Shown here piece by piece: positions 11,444-23,685 of a DNA stretch of 64,000 bases. Both the position numbers and the translations under genes were made by a program. The notes beneath the pieces are model-generated. The model made no database searches. It was not told where the DNA came from and saw only the letters and a program-made list of their open reading frames with translations. Every line of letters begins with the position of its first letter. The stretch's first letter is position 1. Location: positions 10,903,483 to 10,967,482 of the forward strand of contig CM082582.2 in NCBI GenBank assembly GCA_040954595.2, given 5' to 3'. The DNA comes from Balanoglossus misakiensis. Taxonomy: Eukaryota > Animalia > Hemichordata.

Positions 11444-14400
11444 TTAGGATATAATGGCGTTGTTATTCACAATGGGTTCAGGTAATCTCTCGACAAAGGC
11501 GGCCATTAGATTTTGCATGCCAATGGCTGCATTCTTTCCAGCCTCTAATACTTCCTCATGGTTTGCTTCTTCGTCACTGTCGTACTCCAGGATGCACTTG
11601 TTGGTGATCAGGGACATCCCAAAGACTCGCATGCCGCAGTGTCTGGCTATGACCACCTCGGGGCACGTGCTCATTCCTATGAAAAAAGGCAACAGATTTT
11701 AGTCACATGTACCAACTACGGTTTGGTAAGATTACAACATGGGCCAATGACATAACTTACCAACAGCGTCGGCACCAGCGGCTCTCAAGAATCGGAGTTC
11801 AGCTGGCGTTTCAAACGACGGACCCGACAAGTTGACGTATACGCCCTCTCTGATCAAGTTCTCCATCTGTAGCTCTTTGGCAACCTTGGTTACCAACTGT
11901 CGTAACTCTCTGTCGTAGGCCTTGGACAATGCTGGAAAGCGTGGACCAAAACTGTATTTGCATGAAAGGAAAAACAAAAACATTACCAAGTTAGACAATG
12001 AACTGGCAACTTTGCAATTAACTAACGACAACAACCGGCATATCATGCTGCTTGGATTCAAATCCCAGCTCCATATCTTAAAAAGCTTGCACTGGTGTGT
12101 TTAGCTTTGTCACCAGAGTGACGACCCCACAAATTCTCGAGTTGCCTCTTAAAACAGCATCTTCCTTTGATAAATGTTTGGGAAACAGCGGAGTGCGGGC
12201 ATTCATTACTACCTCATTTTCAGCTTAAATCTTATCACACAAGCAAACTGGGGCCAGACCTGTCACATTAACCCCAATTAGCTATAGAAGATTTACAGCA
12301 CGCCTGAATGTGTTGCTAAGAAACATATCCACCGTAATGAGGAACAAAGTTTTATATGTTATACACATATAATGGCTGCTGATGACACAGCATTTTGGAA
12401 CGCATAGTCTATTTACTAAACAACAATCAACAATGTTGCAGTCCTGGAAATAAACAACCTCTCAGGGCTCCCTAGCTTAAGAAAGGCAAGCAATATGACT
12501 GACAGAATTCATCTTATTGGTCCTCATGAAAAATTTCAAAATTCTGGCAACGCCACTATGAAGACCATAAACCACTGATATTGCTTCTGCTTATCAGGTT
12601 TTTTCCAGCAAATTTTTAGAGTCAATATTTGTTCTCCCCAGTTTATCTGTAAAATCGTTAGACTGGGTTGTAAAAACTGACTGAACTTGGTGAATTGAAA
12701 CGAAAATTGAGGTTTCGTTATGTTGTTTTAAAAATAGCCATTACCGGTAGGTCATTCATCATTCTTTAACATTTGCATTAGAGATTTCTGCAGCATGTTG
12801 TGTTAATGTATGTACTGGTAATGTAACCGTGGTTACATCGATTTGTCCACAAAGTCCGTCTGAGCTCTTACTAAATGATGGGATACATACAACTGTAGCT
12901 ATAAGCAGAAATATTTGACCAGGTTAATCCTCTTTGCCATAGTTAACATATTTAAAATACAAACGTGTTTATGTCATCTATTAAATCTTCGGCATGACTT
13001 ACAGTGTATAAGTTACTAAAATGTTGTGACTACCATGAAAAAATATTTGGTCTGTTTAGTCTGCAAGTTAGTGTGTTGACAGTGTCTGATACTCACCTTT
13101 CTTCGTTGGGTCCAACCAGAGGGTGAAAGCCTGCCATTCCGGTCAAATTGATGTGGTCTTTGATCACCATGAAGTCGCCCACGCTGTAGCTAGGGTTGAT
13201 CCCTCCTGCAGCGTTGGTCAATATCACCGTGTGCACGCCCAACAGTTTCATGACTCGTATTGGGACTGTAATCTGTACGAGGAGAAAGTGAAGAACAATT
13301 TCGATTAAATTACCACTGTTGGTTACTTTTTTTTATAGAGATTTCACAGTAAACATCAACCTCCTTCAACATGGTGACTGAAATACACAGAATTTTTGTA
13401 AAAGCGAAACTAGAATCTTCTATGTTGGCACAGATGTTTATCTACATGATCGCAATCTAGACACAACCAACTTTTTTATTTTTCAACAAATGTACTATAG
13501 CAACGGCAGGATTCTCGTGAACAACACATTCTGTTTTGCCAACTGAAATATTCTTAATGTGGTAGAAGACATATTAGTGTAAAATCTAACTGGGTGGTCA
13601 AGGGAAGCCTTAAGTTTGGAGGGAGGCCAATACATCGGATGTTCAACCTACCCAAAATAAATTTACAATCCAGATAAATAAAATAAAACACAAATTTTGA
13701 ATCTGTCCTCACTGTACCTTCCATGCTGGATAGCCCTCGTAAAAGTGAAAGCGTCCCTGCATGCAAACAACAGGCTTGCCACCTAACAGTCCAAACACTA
13801 GCTGGCCAGCGTGTCCAGGCACTGCAAGAGAAAATGTGAAGAGGTTGGAGTTTAGTAAAAGGTTAACACCACAAAATACAATTACAGAGAGACCACGCAG
13901 AACACAAAGGAGTCATTGCTTCACGTTACCTGTGCTGACGGGAAACTTGGGAATGCTTTTGTATGCAATCTTGTCAGCATCTTCAAGTTTGTCAACCAAT
14001 CCGCCCAACCCTGACCCGCAGACGATCCCGATCTTTGGACTGTGATTCGTCTTGCCTTTCAAGTACTTTAGAATCTCTGTGTAATCCTCATCAGTAAATC
14101 TGTAGAACAGGGAAAATTAAATCATTATCTACCAATACCTCGACTCGCTTGCTGTTGGTGTTTGTCAGGCTGGCTCATGTATGTAGTGGCTAACTTTGTA
14201 TTGTAAACGAGTCAAGCACAGTCACAAATAAATGCATCGGGAGCGTGACAGTTTCAGAACAGTTATCTCCACCATCAGTGTCCTGCCACAGGTCACTTAT
14301 CAATTCATGATAACCGCAATTCAGTCTTCAACCAGAAGGGACAGAGGGGATGCCCATTAAGATATTAAACGATAAATCTACACACTTCAAACGCTTGCGA

Positions 14401-16838
14401 CAGCGACCTATCCATTTGCTTATCTCTTTGTCGGTGTCCCACAGGTTATCTTTTCATAGATTCTCTTTTATTCTGACATGCTATTATTCCAAGACTGCTG
14501 ACTTAACAAATTTCCAGAAACACCAGAGTCCGAACTGCCTGACTTTTTCATCTGGAAATCCTGCCCTTATCGTCGCGCCATAGTGCTGAATTTCAACTTT
14601 TGGTGCCTCCTCCCCCTGCAACAAGGTAGGCAGGTAATCGTGTTTTTCATGAAATAAAAAACTACATTTGAGGATGCATAACATATAATTTAATAAGTAT
14701 GGCCTAAATATGTATCAAGTTCTAAGTTAGGGTCCAGGGGCCCTGTCTTAGTAGGACAAACTGAAACATTCATTATTAATGAATGTTTCAGTTTGTTGAT
14801 CCATATACTCATGATTTATCATTTCACAGATGTGGCCTGTAACCAGCAGAGAGCATTTGCTAATTCTGTCGGTGCCATTTTGGTAATCCTATATGTTGCC
14901 ACGTGTGCAAGTGACTGTGACCTACTTTAGGGGGTGGTCAACATACAGTACAATGCCCCATTGGATAAACTGATTAACCAGTCAGTCAACTGGAAACAGG
15001 GCTGTTCTGCCAAGGCCCAGGCTGGCTGACAGCATCTCCCATCTCGGGCAGACAGGGCTGTTGTGATATAGGAGTTGTTGATAAACGTTATGCCAACAGG
15101 TTATCATGATGCGTAATAGGTTATCATTACAACAGTATTCAAAGATAACATTCATCAGATAAAAACTACATATCATATGAAGAATTTAACTTTCCTAATC
15201 TTTCACTTATGTTTGCCGCATGTTAGTAAAAAGGGGGTGGGGTATTATGTGTCATATTCAGGTCTACTCAAAACTTTGTTCATTAATTGCAAGGAGAATC
15301 ACTGACGATAATTTTTCTTTATCAATTATCCTAATAGCATGCCTTACATGCTAATATTGCTTGTAAACAAAGACAAAAGTATAAAAGCCAACATTCACAT
15401 ACCAGACAATACATTAAATAATGGTTTTTGTTCCCCTTTGGCTTTGTGAGACTAAGTTACTTCCTTTGAGGTATAGTGTCCACAGTCATCACATGTGAAG
15501 ACATGTACAATTTGTAAAAATATATACATTGTATTGCAGTAGTGTAATAATGCAAATACGGTAGCTGGCTATTATTCGGAACAAGTACAATACCATGTAC
15601 AGTAGTACAAATGCAGTTTTATGGAGAATTTGCAAAAATATAGAAAGTCATCTCTGCCATCCACCATCTGTGTTTAATCATACCATTCTTAGTTTCTGAG
15701 GTAATATAACATATAACCAGCAACTGAAGGTCATATACATGTAATACTAGCTACACTAAACAGCCTGTGTGACCCGTTCTGCTTTTTCACGTCTATGGAT
15801 GATGATCCAGCTAGCTCCTAGACCCATCACAGACGGAAAACTTGGATATGCCAATTATTTCATTTATTCGCCCTCGGCTTTTGTCAAGTAAAAAATCGGA
15901 AACATGTGCTTGTCTGACTGCCACGCCGCAGCGCCAATTTATGTCAATGACACAAATTAACATGTAATTATAATATAGCGGTAGTGTAGGTGTGAGTGCG
16001 TCATTTAGGCTGTCATGGTCGCAACGCTGACGCAAAGAGGATGTTCAATATGCAACGGTGACTCTCTGCGCGGCCGTGACTGGCTTAAATCTGAATCCAA
16101 AATAACGCCAGACATTACAGGACTAATGTATCTCTGTTAGTACACGTCTACATCCGACACTACCCCCACTGTTGGCATCTGAGTAGTCCGTGCCATGTTG
16201 TTTATCGTAATCGACACACGGCGTGGCCCTTGTGAATGAAACACGAACATAAACAAAACAGCAATACGCGCGCCAAAATCCATCGCTTATTTGTAAAGGT
16301 TCGACACGCTAAAAGGGCATGATCACATACATTTGGCCTTTTCTAAGGATGTGCTATACTTTGACTTCAATATATCTCTCCTCCAGACCTACCTTTTCTC
16401 GTCAGCCATGGCAATATTGATATTATGAACCACGATCGTAATATACACCGGCGCGGCGTGTGTCTGGTCTGTGTATGATCAAGTACGCAGATACCATTGG
16501 CACTCACGTGACGGACACACCTCTTTATGACGAACATGGATTGGATAATGAACGGGTCAAAGGTTATAACCAAATTTCATATAAGTGATGTGTCCCCGAT
16601 ATCAGCCTACCTTCGTCAACAAAATATGCCAATATGGCCAGAATACACTTGTTCGTTGGTTCAAAATGTCTAACTATAATGCAAGATATTTATAAAATGG
16701 TTGTATTTTACACGTATCAACTTTAATGAAAAGACAGACATCCGTGATTTGACTCTAATTTGATAGAGTTTCTCCGCACCGCTCTACTACAATGTTCATT
16801 ATTACTCACCTAAAAGGTTCTGGTTGATATTCCAGCAT
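11444..16838 (-). CDS. PNP: Purine nucleoside phosphorylase (trimeric, PNP-I type), 6 coding exons
   Basis: Exons (minus strand): 16810-16838, ~13930-14099, 13718-13821, 13097-13272, 11761-11951, 11444-11676. Motifs [72 protein letters not shown]. The 29-nt first exon ([10 protein letters not shown], phase 2) is less certain than the rest. Confidence 0.94.
14756..14796. repeat. Near-perfect 41-bp palindrome (20-bp arms, 1-nt spacer) in PNP intron 1
   Basis: ACAAACTGAAACATTCATTA-T-TAATGAATGTTTCAGTTTGT; the arms are exact reverse complements. Confidence 0.9.
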
Positions 16839-17599
16839 AGTCTAAATGCGGAAGTGGTTACATGTGTCTGGCCTCTACTCAAAACCGCCTCAAAACTGCA
16901 ATTGCCCGTCGCTTGTAGCCTGTTTGACCACACTGAGTATATAACTTGACGGTTGCTACATAAATCAGTATGCTGTTTTATATTTTCTCTCCATTTTAAG
17001 TGTTAAAATGACGTTTTATTCAACAAAATGTCGACGTGTATCTAAACTGAGTGAGTGTGTACATTGCAGTATGTGGTTGGAGCTGCCTTGATATTTTTCC
17101 TGGTTTTGAAGGGGAAAACCAGTTTGTAGCCCAACTCCAGACACCAGGCAAAACCTCGAGCTAGCTATGGTACTTCATAACGAATGTCCATCATTACCAA
17201 CCCAATCACACCGTGACACGCCCACTACATGCGCATACCCTCAATACCTTGCTGCAGACCCACAGCTTGGCCCTGCCACTCCCTTGACTGTTTGTGCAGC
17301 CAGTGGCAGGGCCGGGCTATGAATCCTCTGCAACTCAACACTTTGAAATGTTAAATCAGTGTTTGATCTCAAGAATAAGCCCTGCAACAAAACATTCAGC
17401 CAATTTAATTCGAAATAAAAAAGTGTATATCTAGTATCTAGTAGGAGTAATCAAAAGTATATAAAATGTTAATATTGCAGTGTTTCTAAAGTAAATTTTT
17501 CATATTTCAACAGGATTGACGTGTTTGTGTGTGGACACAACACAGCTGATCAAGAACCAAGCTTTCCATGCGACTTCAGGGTGACTCGACAGCAAGAAC
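16839..17599. promoter_or_regulatory. Divergent (head-to-head) promoter region PNP / CLPTM1L, with probable CLPTM1L 5'UTR intron (~17051-17513)
   Basis: Start codons ~760 bp apart on opposite strands. Donor GA|GTGAGT at 17051 and acceptor TTTTTCATATTTCAACAG ending at 17513. Confidence 0.55.
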
Positions 17600-20500
17600 A
17601 TGAAACTTTCCTTTGGAGCAGTTGTGAACTATGCTATACTTTTTTTATTTTTAGCATACATTCTGCATTCAGTGGTCACACTGTATGACTTATTCTACCC
17701 CTCACAATGCAAACAGAGTGATAAAAGGAAATGCATCGGACCTTATCTGGCGAAAAAGCCAAAATTAGAAGTAAGTTAACTGAGATTGAGAATCAAAGCA
17801 TACAAGCGTTCGGTATCCCTGTTTTGTAACAAAGTTCAAGATGATTTTGTTTCATTTTTGTAGTTGAATGTGTACACATCAATTCGAGGAAATGATGCTA
17901 GCAGCAAAAACAAGAAATTATTATTATCTGTAGAAGATTTCAACGTTGAAGAGAGCTTTGAAAGGTGGGTCTGCCAGCTTGCATTCAATCTTCATTTGAC
18001 TGTACACATGATTTATGACAGTTTTCTTTTTGAAGCTTATTGTAGCGTTAACTCAACAGTGAAAGAAATACTTTTTCTGTTACAATTTGATTCCAGAGAT
18101 ATTAACGTTACACTGCCCACAAAGACCGTCAAGAATGGTACCTTGTATGCGTACGTCTACATCAGCCCTAGGGGGCAAGTACCTTTCCAAAACAAGTTGT
18201 CTTCCGTCCAAGTGTCAAGATTGACAGTGTATACAGTACCACAAACACAGTATATTAATTTAATGAGTGCAACAGGAGAGGAAGCGGTATGTTGAAGTTT
18301 TAATATGGTTATTTCTCCTTTCATTTGGGGTTTTATAGTGGATAACCCATTAACAGGGGTCAGTTTTGTAAGATAGCAACTGTTCTAGCTTTTCTCACCC
18401 CCCCCCCCCCTTTTCTACAGAAAAATACCAGCCAAGTTGTGAAGAAGCCAGTGTCCCACTGGAAACCTGAACTCAAGATAGGAGTCGTGAGTGACATGCA
18501 AACATTTGATCGATACGGCATACCAAAGGATGTGTACATCTACCTCAGGTGAGGCATTTTCTCACATTTGAGGTGAGATTGTGAGTGACAGATTTCTGTA
18601 GCGGTGGTTTAGATTCTGTAGTAAATTTACATGTTGTCCGACACACACACAAAAACATGTACATGCAATTCATCACATCATACTACATCATCTACTTACA
18701 AAACTCAAATGCAGGTTGTGTGTTGCAGTAATAGTGATGGCATATAAATGTACGGTATACGTCTCCATCATTCCTGTTGACAGGACCACACCCGAGGGGG
18801 ACTATCTCCCTCTCCTCTATGTGGATGAAATCAGCTCACGACTGAAAGACTTGCAGGTAAGGTTTACATTTCGCTCTCCTACAAGTCGATGACTGGTTTC
18901 AGTTTTGATTTTGACCACTTTATGATAATTCCACGGAGAAATTACCAGAGACAAAATCATGGCAACAGTGGCCCACTTTTATCCCTAAAAACAAAGATAA
19001 GACACCAAAACAAATGACCTTAAGTTCAACCTTGTTCAGACAAGTAAATGGGAGGCTGGATAAAATGATTTTGATTGATTGATCTTATGTCACCAATTGA
19101 ACATTCACGTGTTGCACTATGTCACCTGAGAGTTCACAAGGTTAACCTGAGAGCGTTCTGTTTTCTTTTTTGTTGACAGGAAATCAAGAGTAATGTGACC
19201 GAGATGCCATTGCACGTCGAATATAAACCCATGTCGATAGGGAAACTACGTCTGTACACAACCATGCAGGAGAGTCTGAGAACTTTACAAAGTTTAGGTA
19301 AATACACGTACAGCCTTGAAATGTCTGAATCGTGTACGTCCTTGCGAGGGACAAGCTGTTTGTTGACAAAGTGTTCTGTTTGTGCAACAAATGTGACTAT
19401 AATGTCACAAGAGAGTGAGTGAGATCATATCACAAGGTGACCTTGTCATGAGAAAGAGCCAGACATGCAGACAGACAGACAGACAGATAGCAACAGACTG
19501 ACAGATAGTCAGACAGACAGACAAACAACAAACATAGACAGACCATGGATGTACGACTGTGGTTTGTCCATGTACAGATAGAAAGTAGTATGTTCTCTTC
19601 TACTGGACTCTGTGACCTTGCTCAAAGACTGTTTGTATTGACTTTTTCCTCTTACGCAAAGTCCATGGATCATGTGCTATCTCTTTTTTTTGGATTTTAT
19701 TTGTTTTTCAGGTTTTACTGAAAAGGATACTGATGATGTCAAGGGCATTTTTGTAGACACAAGTTTTTATCTCTTAGCTTTAACCTTCTTTGTTTCTGCA
19801 TGTCATGTAAGTATTAAAGATGCATTGTCAAGTGGACATGAAAGATGGATTCCCAGTTCAGCTTTTGTGGTTGTGATACCATAAAATTCCAAATATTGAA
19901 AGTTTCTGGGAATAATAAACTGGAATCGTGCATTAATTAGTCTATCAGTAAAGCGTCATTTTACAGCGCAAAAAGTTGATCAATTTCATCTAAAATCTGT
20001 GTCTTGCTTTTGAATAACTCTTTTCTTTACTTTTTTAAAGATCTTGTTCGATTTCTTGGCGTTCAAGAATGATATATATTTTTGGAAAGGAAGGGAGTCC
20101 ATGATTGGCCTCTCAACAAGAACAGGTGAGCGAAGTTTAGAGTTATATTTTATGCATAATTTCTTCACATGTCATGATCAAGTAGATATCCTCTGCCCAA
20201 CACTTTGAAGAAAATGACAATTCCTGCTCAACCCTACTTATCGTAACTTAAGTTTTTCCTGCCAGAAACTGCTACACAGCATTCAAAAACCCCCTTTTTG
20301 TTGTTTTCCTAAACAGTTGTGTACAGAGCAGTGAGTCAAGTGATAATATTCCTGTATTTGATGGATGAACAGACGAGTATGTTGGTACTTGTGCCAGCTG
20401 GCATTGGCACTGTAATCGAGGTGAGTGCAGACACACTTAGTATACACATTTGAACTGTTATGAAGAACGTGTACTGAAAATGGTTAAGACTACTTTTTGC

Positions 20501-21868
20501 ATGAGACCCATACTACACCCACACCACACTCCATAAATTACGAACACTTTCTTATGTTCATCTTCAGATATGGAAAGTGACGAAGGCCTTCAAAGTACAC
20601 ATCAGGTGGTCAGGATTGATGCCAAGCATAAGCCTGGGAGCAGTTCAGGAATCTGAGAAAGAAACTCAACAATATGATTCCACTGCCATGCAATACCTGT
20701 CTTACATTCTCTATCCTCTATGCCTTGGGGGCGCTGTTTACTCACTGCTGTATGTTTCTCACAGAAGGTGAGTTCTTGCGGTGATATATGCAATCGGCAG
20801 TTTTCTTCATTGCTGTGAAAGTTTACTTTTCTTGCAAGTGATGCTTTTTCAGAACCTTAGCCAACATTCATCAATGTACCTGAACATACTGTGAACTTTA
20901 AAAATTCTGTTTGTTTTCATTATAGCTGGTACTCCTGGGTGATCAGCAGTCTTGTCAATGGTAAATAAAGATATTATAGGTTATATACTTTGATATCTAA
21001 ATCAGAGAATGGATGGTTTGACTTTCAGAATTACAGTAAATCTCACCAGAACAACCAACAACTATTTTGTGTTCTTTCTATTCACAGGTGTCTATGCATT
21101 TGGTTTTCTCTTCATGTTGCCACAACTCTTTGTCAACTACAAGGTAAGTGCAGTGGAATTTAATGGTTTATACCAGTTGAATGATAGAAAGGAGATATTA
21201 TATAAGGACATACAAGTTATTGAAGAAAATAGAATTAGCCTTCAGAGTATTTGTAGAGAAGAATTTTTTCTAACTTTGTTTTGTTTTTCTACTCAGATGA
21301 AATCTGTTGCTCATCTTCCATGGAGAGCATTCATGTACAAGGTGAGAAAACAATTTCTGAATGTGTTTTTTTTCGCCAGCTCGCAACCCACCAACTGCCG
21401 ATAACACTTCTTGTTCTTTCTCCCTTTTCAGGCCTTCAATACATTTATAGATGATGTGTTTGCATTCATCATCACCATGCCAACAGCTCACAGGATAGCC
21501 TGTTTCCGGGACGACATCATCTTTGTGGTTTACCTCTACCAGAGATGGTATGTAGCCTCGATATCTATGATGGCCTATAGGCAAGGTCACAAATAGTTCT
21601 GTCAGCATTGGCAAAGTCATTAAATCAATTACAAGTTGTTCATTATACATTCAATTACTCAATCACCCCTTTGGCTTTGAAGATTCCTAAGATAATGAAT
21701 ACTTTTCATGCTTTATTAAGATGATGTGAAAAGTTTCAGATGACACTGAAGTTGACATTATTTTGTTTTGGTAGGCTCTACCCGGTTGACAAGAAACGAG
21801 TGAATGAATACGGAATGTCGTATGAAGATGAAAAGAACAAGGCCTCAAGCAAGGAACATGAAGATTAA
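17600..21868 (+). CDS. CLPTM1L: CLPTM1-like protein (ER lipid scramblase for GPI precursor), multi-exon
   Basis: N-terminal TM and [13 protein letters not shown]|LNVYTS; [106 protein letters not shown]; stop TAA 21866-21868; AATAAA at 22291 and ~22393. Confidence 0.93.
19466..19543. repeat. Degenerate (CAGA)n tetranucleotide microsatellite in a CLPTM1L intron
   Basis: gcagacagacagacagacagatagcaacagactgacagatagtcagacagacagacaaac... Confidence 0.8.
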
Positions 21869-23685
21869 AAGAGAAACAGTTTTTGATGATATCACATTTT
21901 TAAATACACTCACAGAGTACAGAAAGTTATGAGGCAGAGATTTTAAAATGAAGTCTAGGAATAGTGGAATAAGATTATTGGGTTTCAAGATCTTCCATTT
22001 TTGCAACTGTTTTATATGCAAATTTAGTCACCATCACCATAGAGATCTACCAAATTACAACAATGCCCATTTGAAACATGTGTGGACATATGTAAATTAA
22101 TCTTGAGTGTACTGTATACTTTTAAAACTGCAACTTACATACCACTGTTTCATCAAAAATATCCTAACCTTTCCTATTGGGTTATCTGGTCTTTCAGTTC
22201 AAATTGTAATTTCACTTTGGGACTTGTCCACCACTTTTTATAAGAGGCAGCGATCATCTGTAATTTGTGTTCAGTACTATCTGTTGCATTAATAAACAGC
22301 TTTAAGATTCAGAATGGAAACTAGACTTGTGGGTGTGAATCGAGTTGTGCATTAAATAGCTTGTACTGCTAGATTTTATAGTCATCAGAGCAAATAAAGC
22401 AAGTGTGGGTACGGGACCTTCAGCGAATTCTGTGACGCTGTTGTAAGACGCCCTCAGCGACGAAACCTTAGTGGCATTTCAGCAGTGGTCTCTGGAACGA
22501 GCGCACGTCGCGTCGGAGTTTGCTCTTTAGGAACAAATTACTTCTTGAATTATACTGATGAATTGTTGAATTTTAGTGACGAGGTAAGAGGAATAAGCTT
22601 GCGCTTGTTTCCTATCAGATTTTATAATTTAAAAAATTTTTTTTTAATAAGTGTTGATCAATCAAGCAAAGTTCCATTCGTGGCGGATAGGTCTAGGCCG
22701 ACTTTTTCAGACTATATTTTATTAACTGCAAAAATTATACTTTGAAAACTACTTTTCTGGGTAAGTTACAGTTAGAAGTGGACGCGAGTCGCCAAAGTCC
22801 GTATTAGATAAAGAAAAAAGTAACAGAGACGACATTTTACGAAACTTTTCAGGATGTCGTTCGACACGCAAATTTACTTATTAAACTTATAGGCTACTAC
22901 AAGAAGCTGTATGTCATAATCATATATGTACATTTGCGACTAGCATAATAGTATAGTTTGGGCGCATCTCACGATTGTTCAATATGATAAGCTGATGTTT
23001 GTTGCAACGTTTACAATTTACATGAATTTTCAACAGTACAAGTTCTCAGTAGTTTGGCCTACATACGAACACTAAATGCGGGCTAACTTTTCGGAAAAGA
23101 ATGTACAATAATTTGAATTACTAGTCGACATGAAAAGAATCTGATAACGCATCAAATTAAACAAAGTCAGAAGGTATGTTCTTTTTTTTCCCGTCCGTAA
23201 GTAACTTTTAATGTGTTACAGGTAATGTCCCTAAAGGTCTTTTCGGGACTCCCCTCCATGTGACCAGTCTGTTGTGGCTGTTTCATCAATTGCTTGTATC
23301 ATATGTCTGCGTTCCGGTGTTTTACGTGTTAGTGTTTTGTTGCGCTTTCCTAAAATAATAAAATATAACTTTATTATTTTTATCTTGCAGTGGCTTTAAC
23401 TTCAATTACGGCAAAAATAGTGCACGATACCGAGAAATGAATAAAAGGTTTGCGATCTTGTCATGATGTCGGAGGGAGTGGCGACAACACTTCGAACAGC
23501 TATTGACATTAACGGGCCACTGACCGTTGTGATCGCGTCCATTCTTCAGCGTGCATCCAGTTTTACTGACAACACACCAGTGGGATATTATATTCCTTCA
23601 ACGATTGTCAAGCTTCAGCCGTTTTGGCTTCAGCACAGGGACGTCTAGGTCCTAAGTGTCATATGTAGTTCACTATAACACGAAA

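Noticed and set aside
14484-14684. Minus-strand ORF in PNP intron 1 as an alternative first exon
   Set aside because: It ends in a stop with no compatible phase-2 donor and has no PNP similarity.
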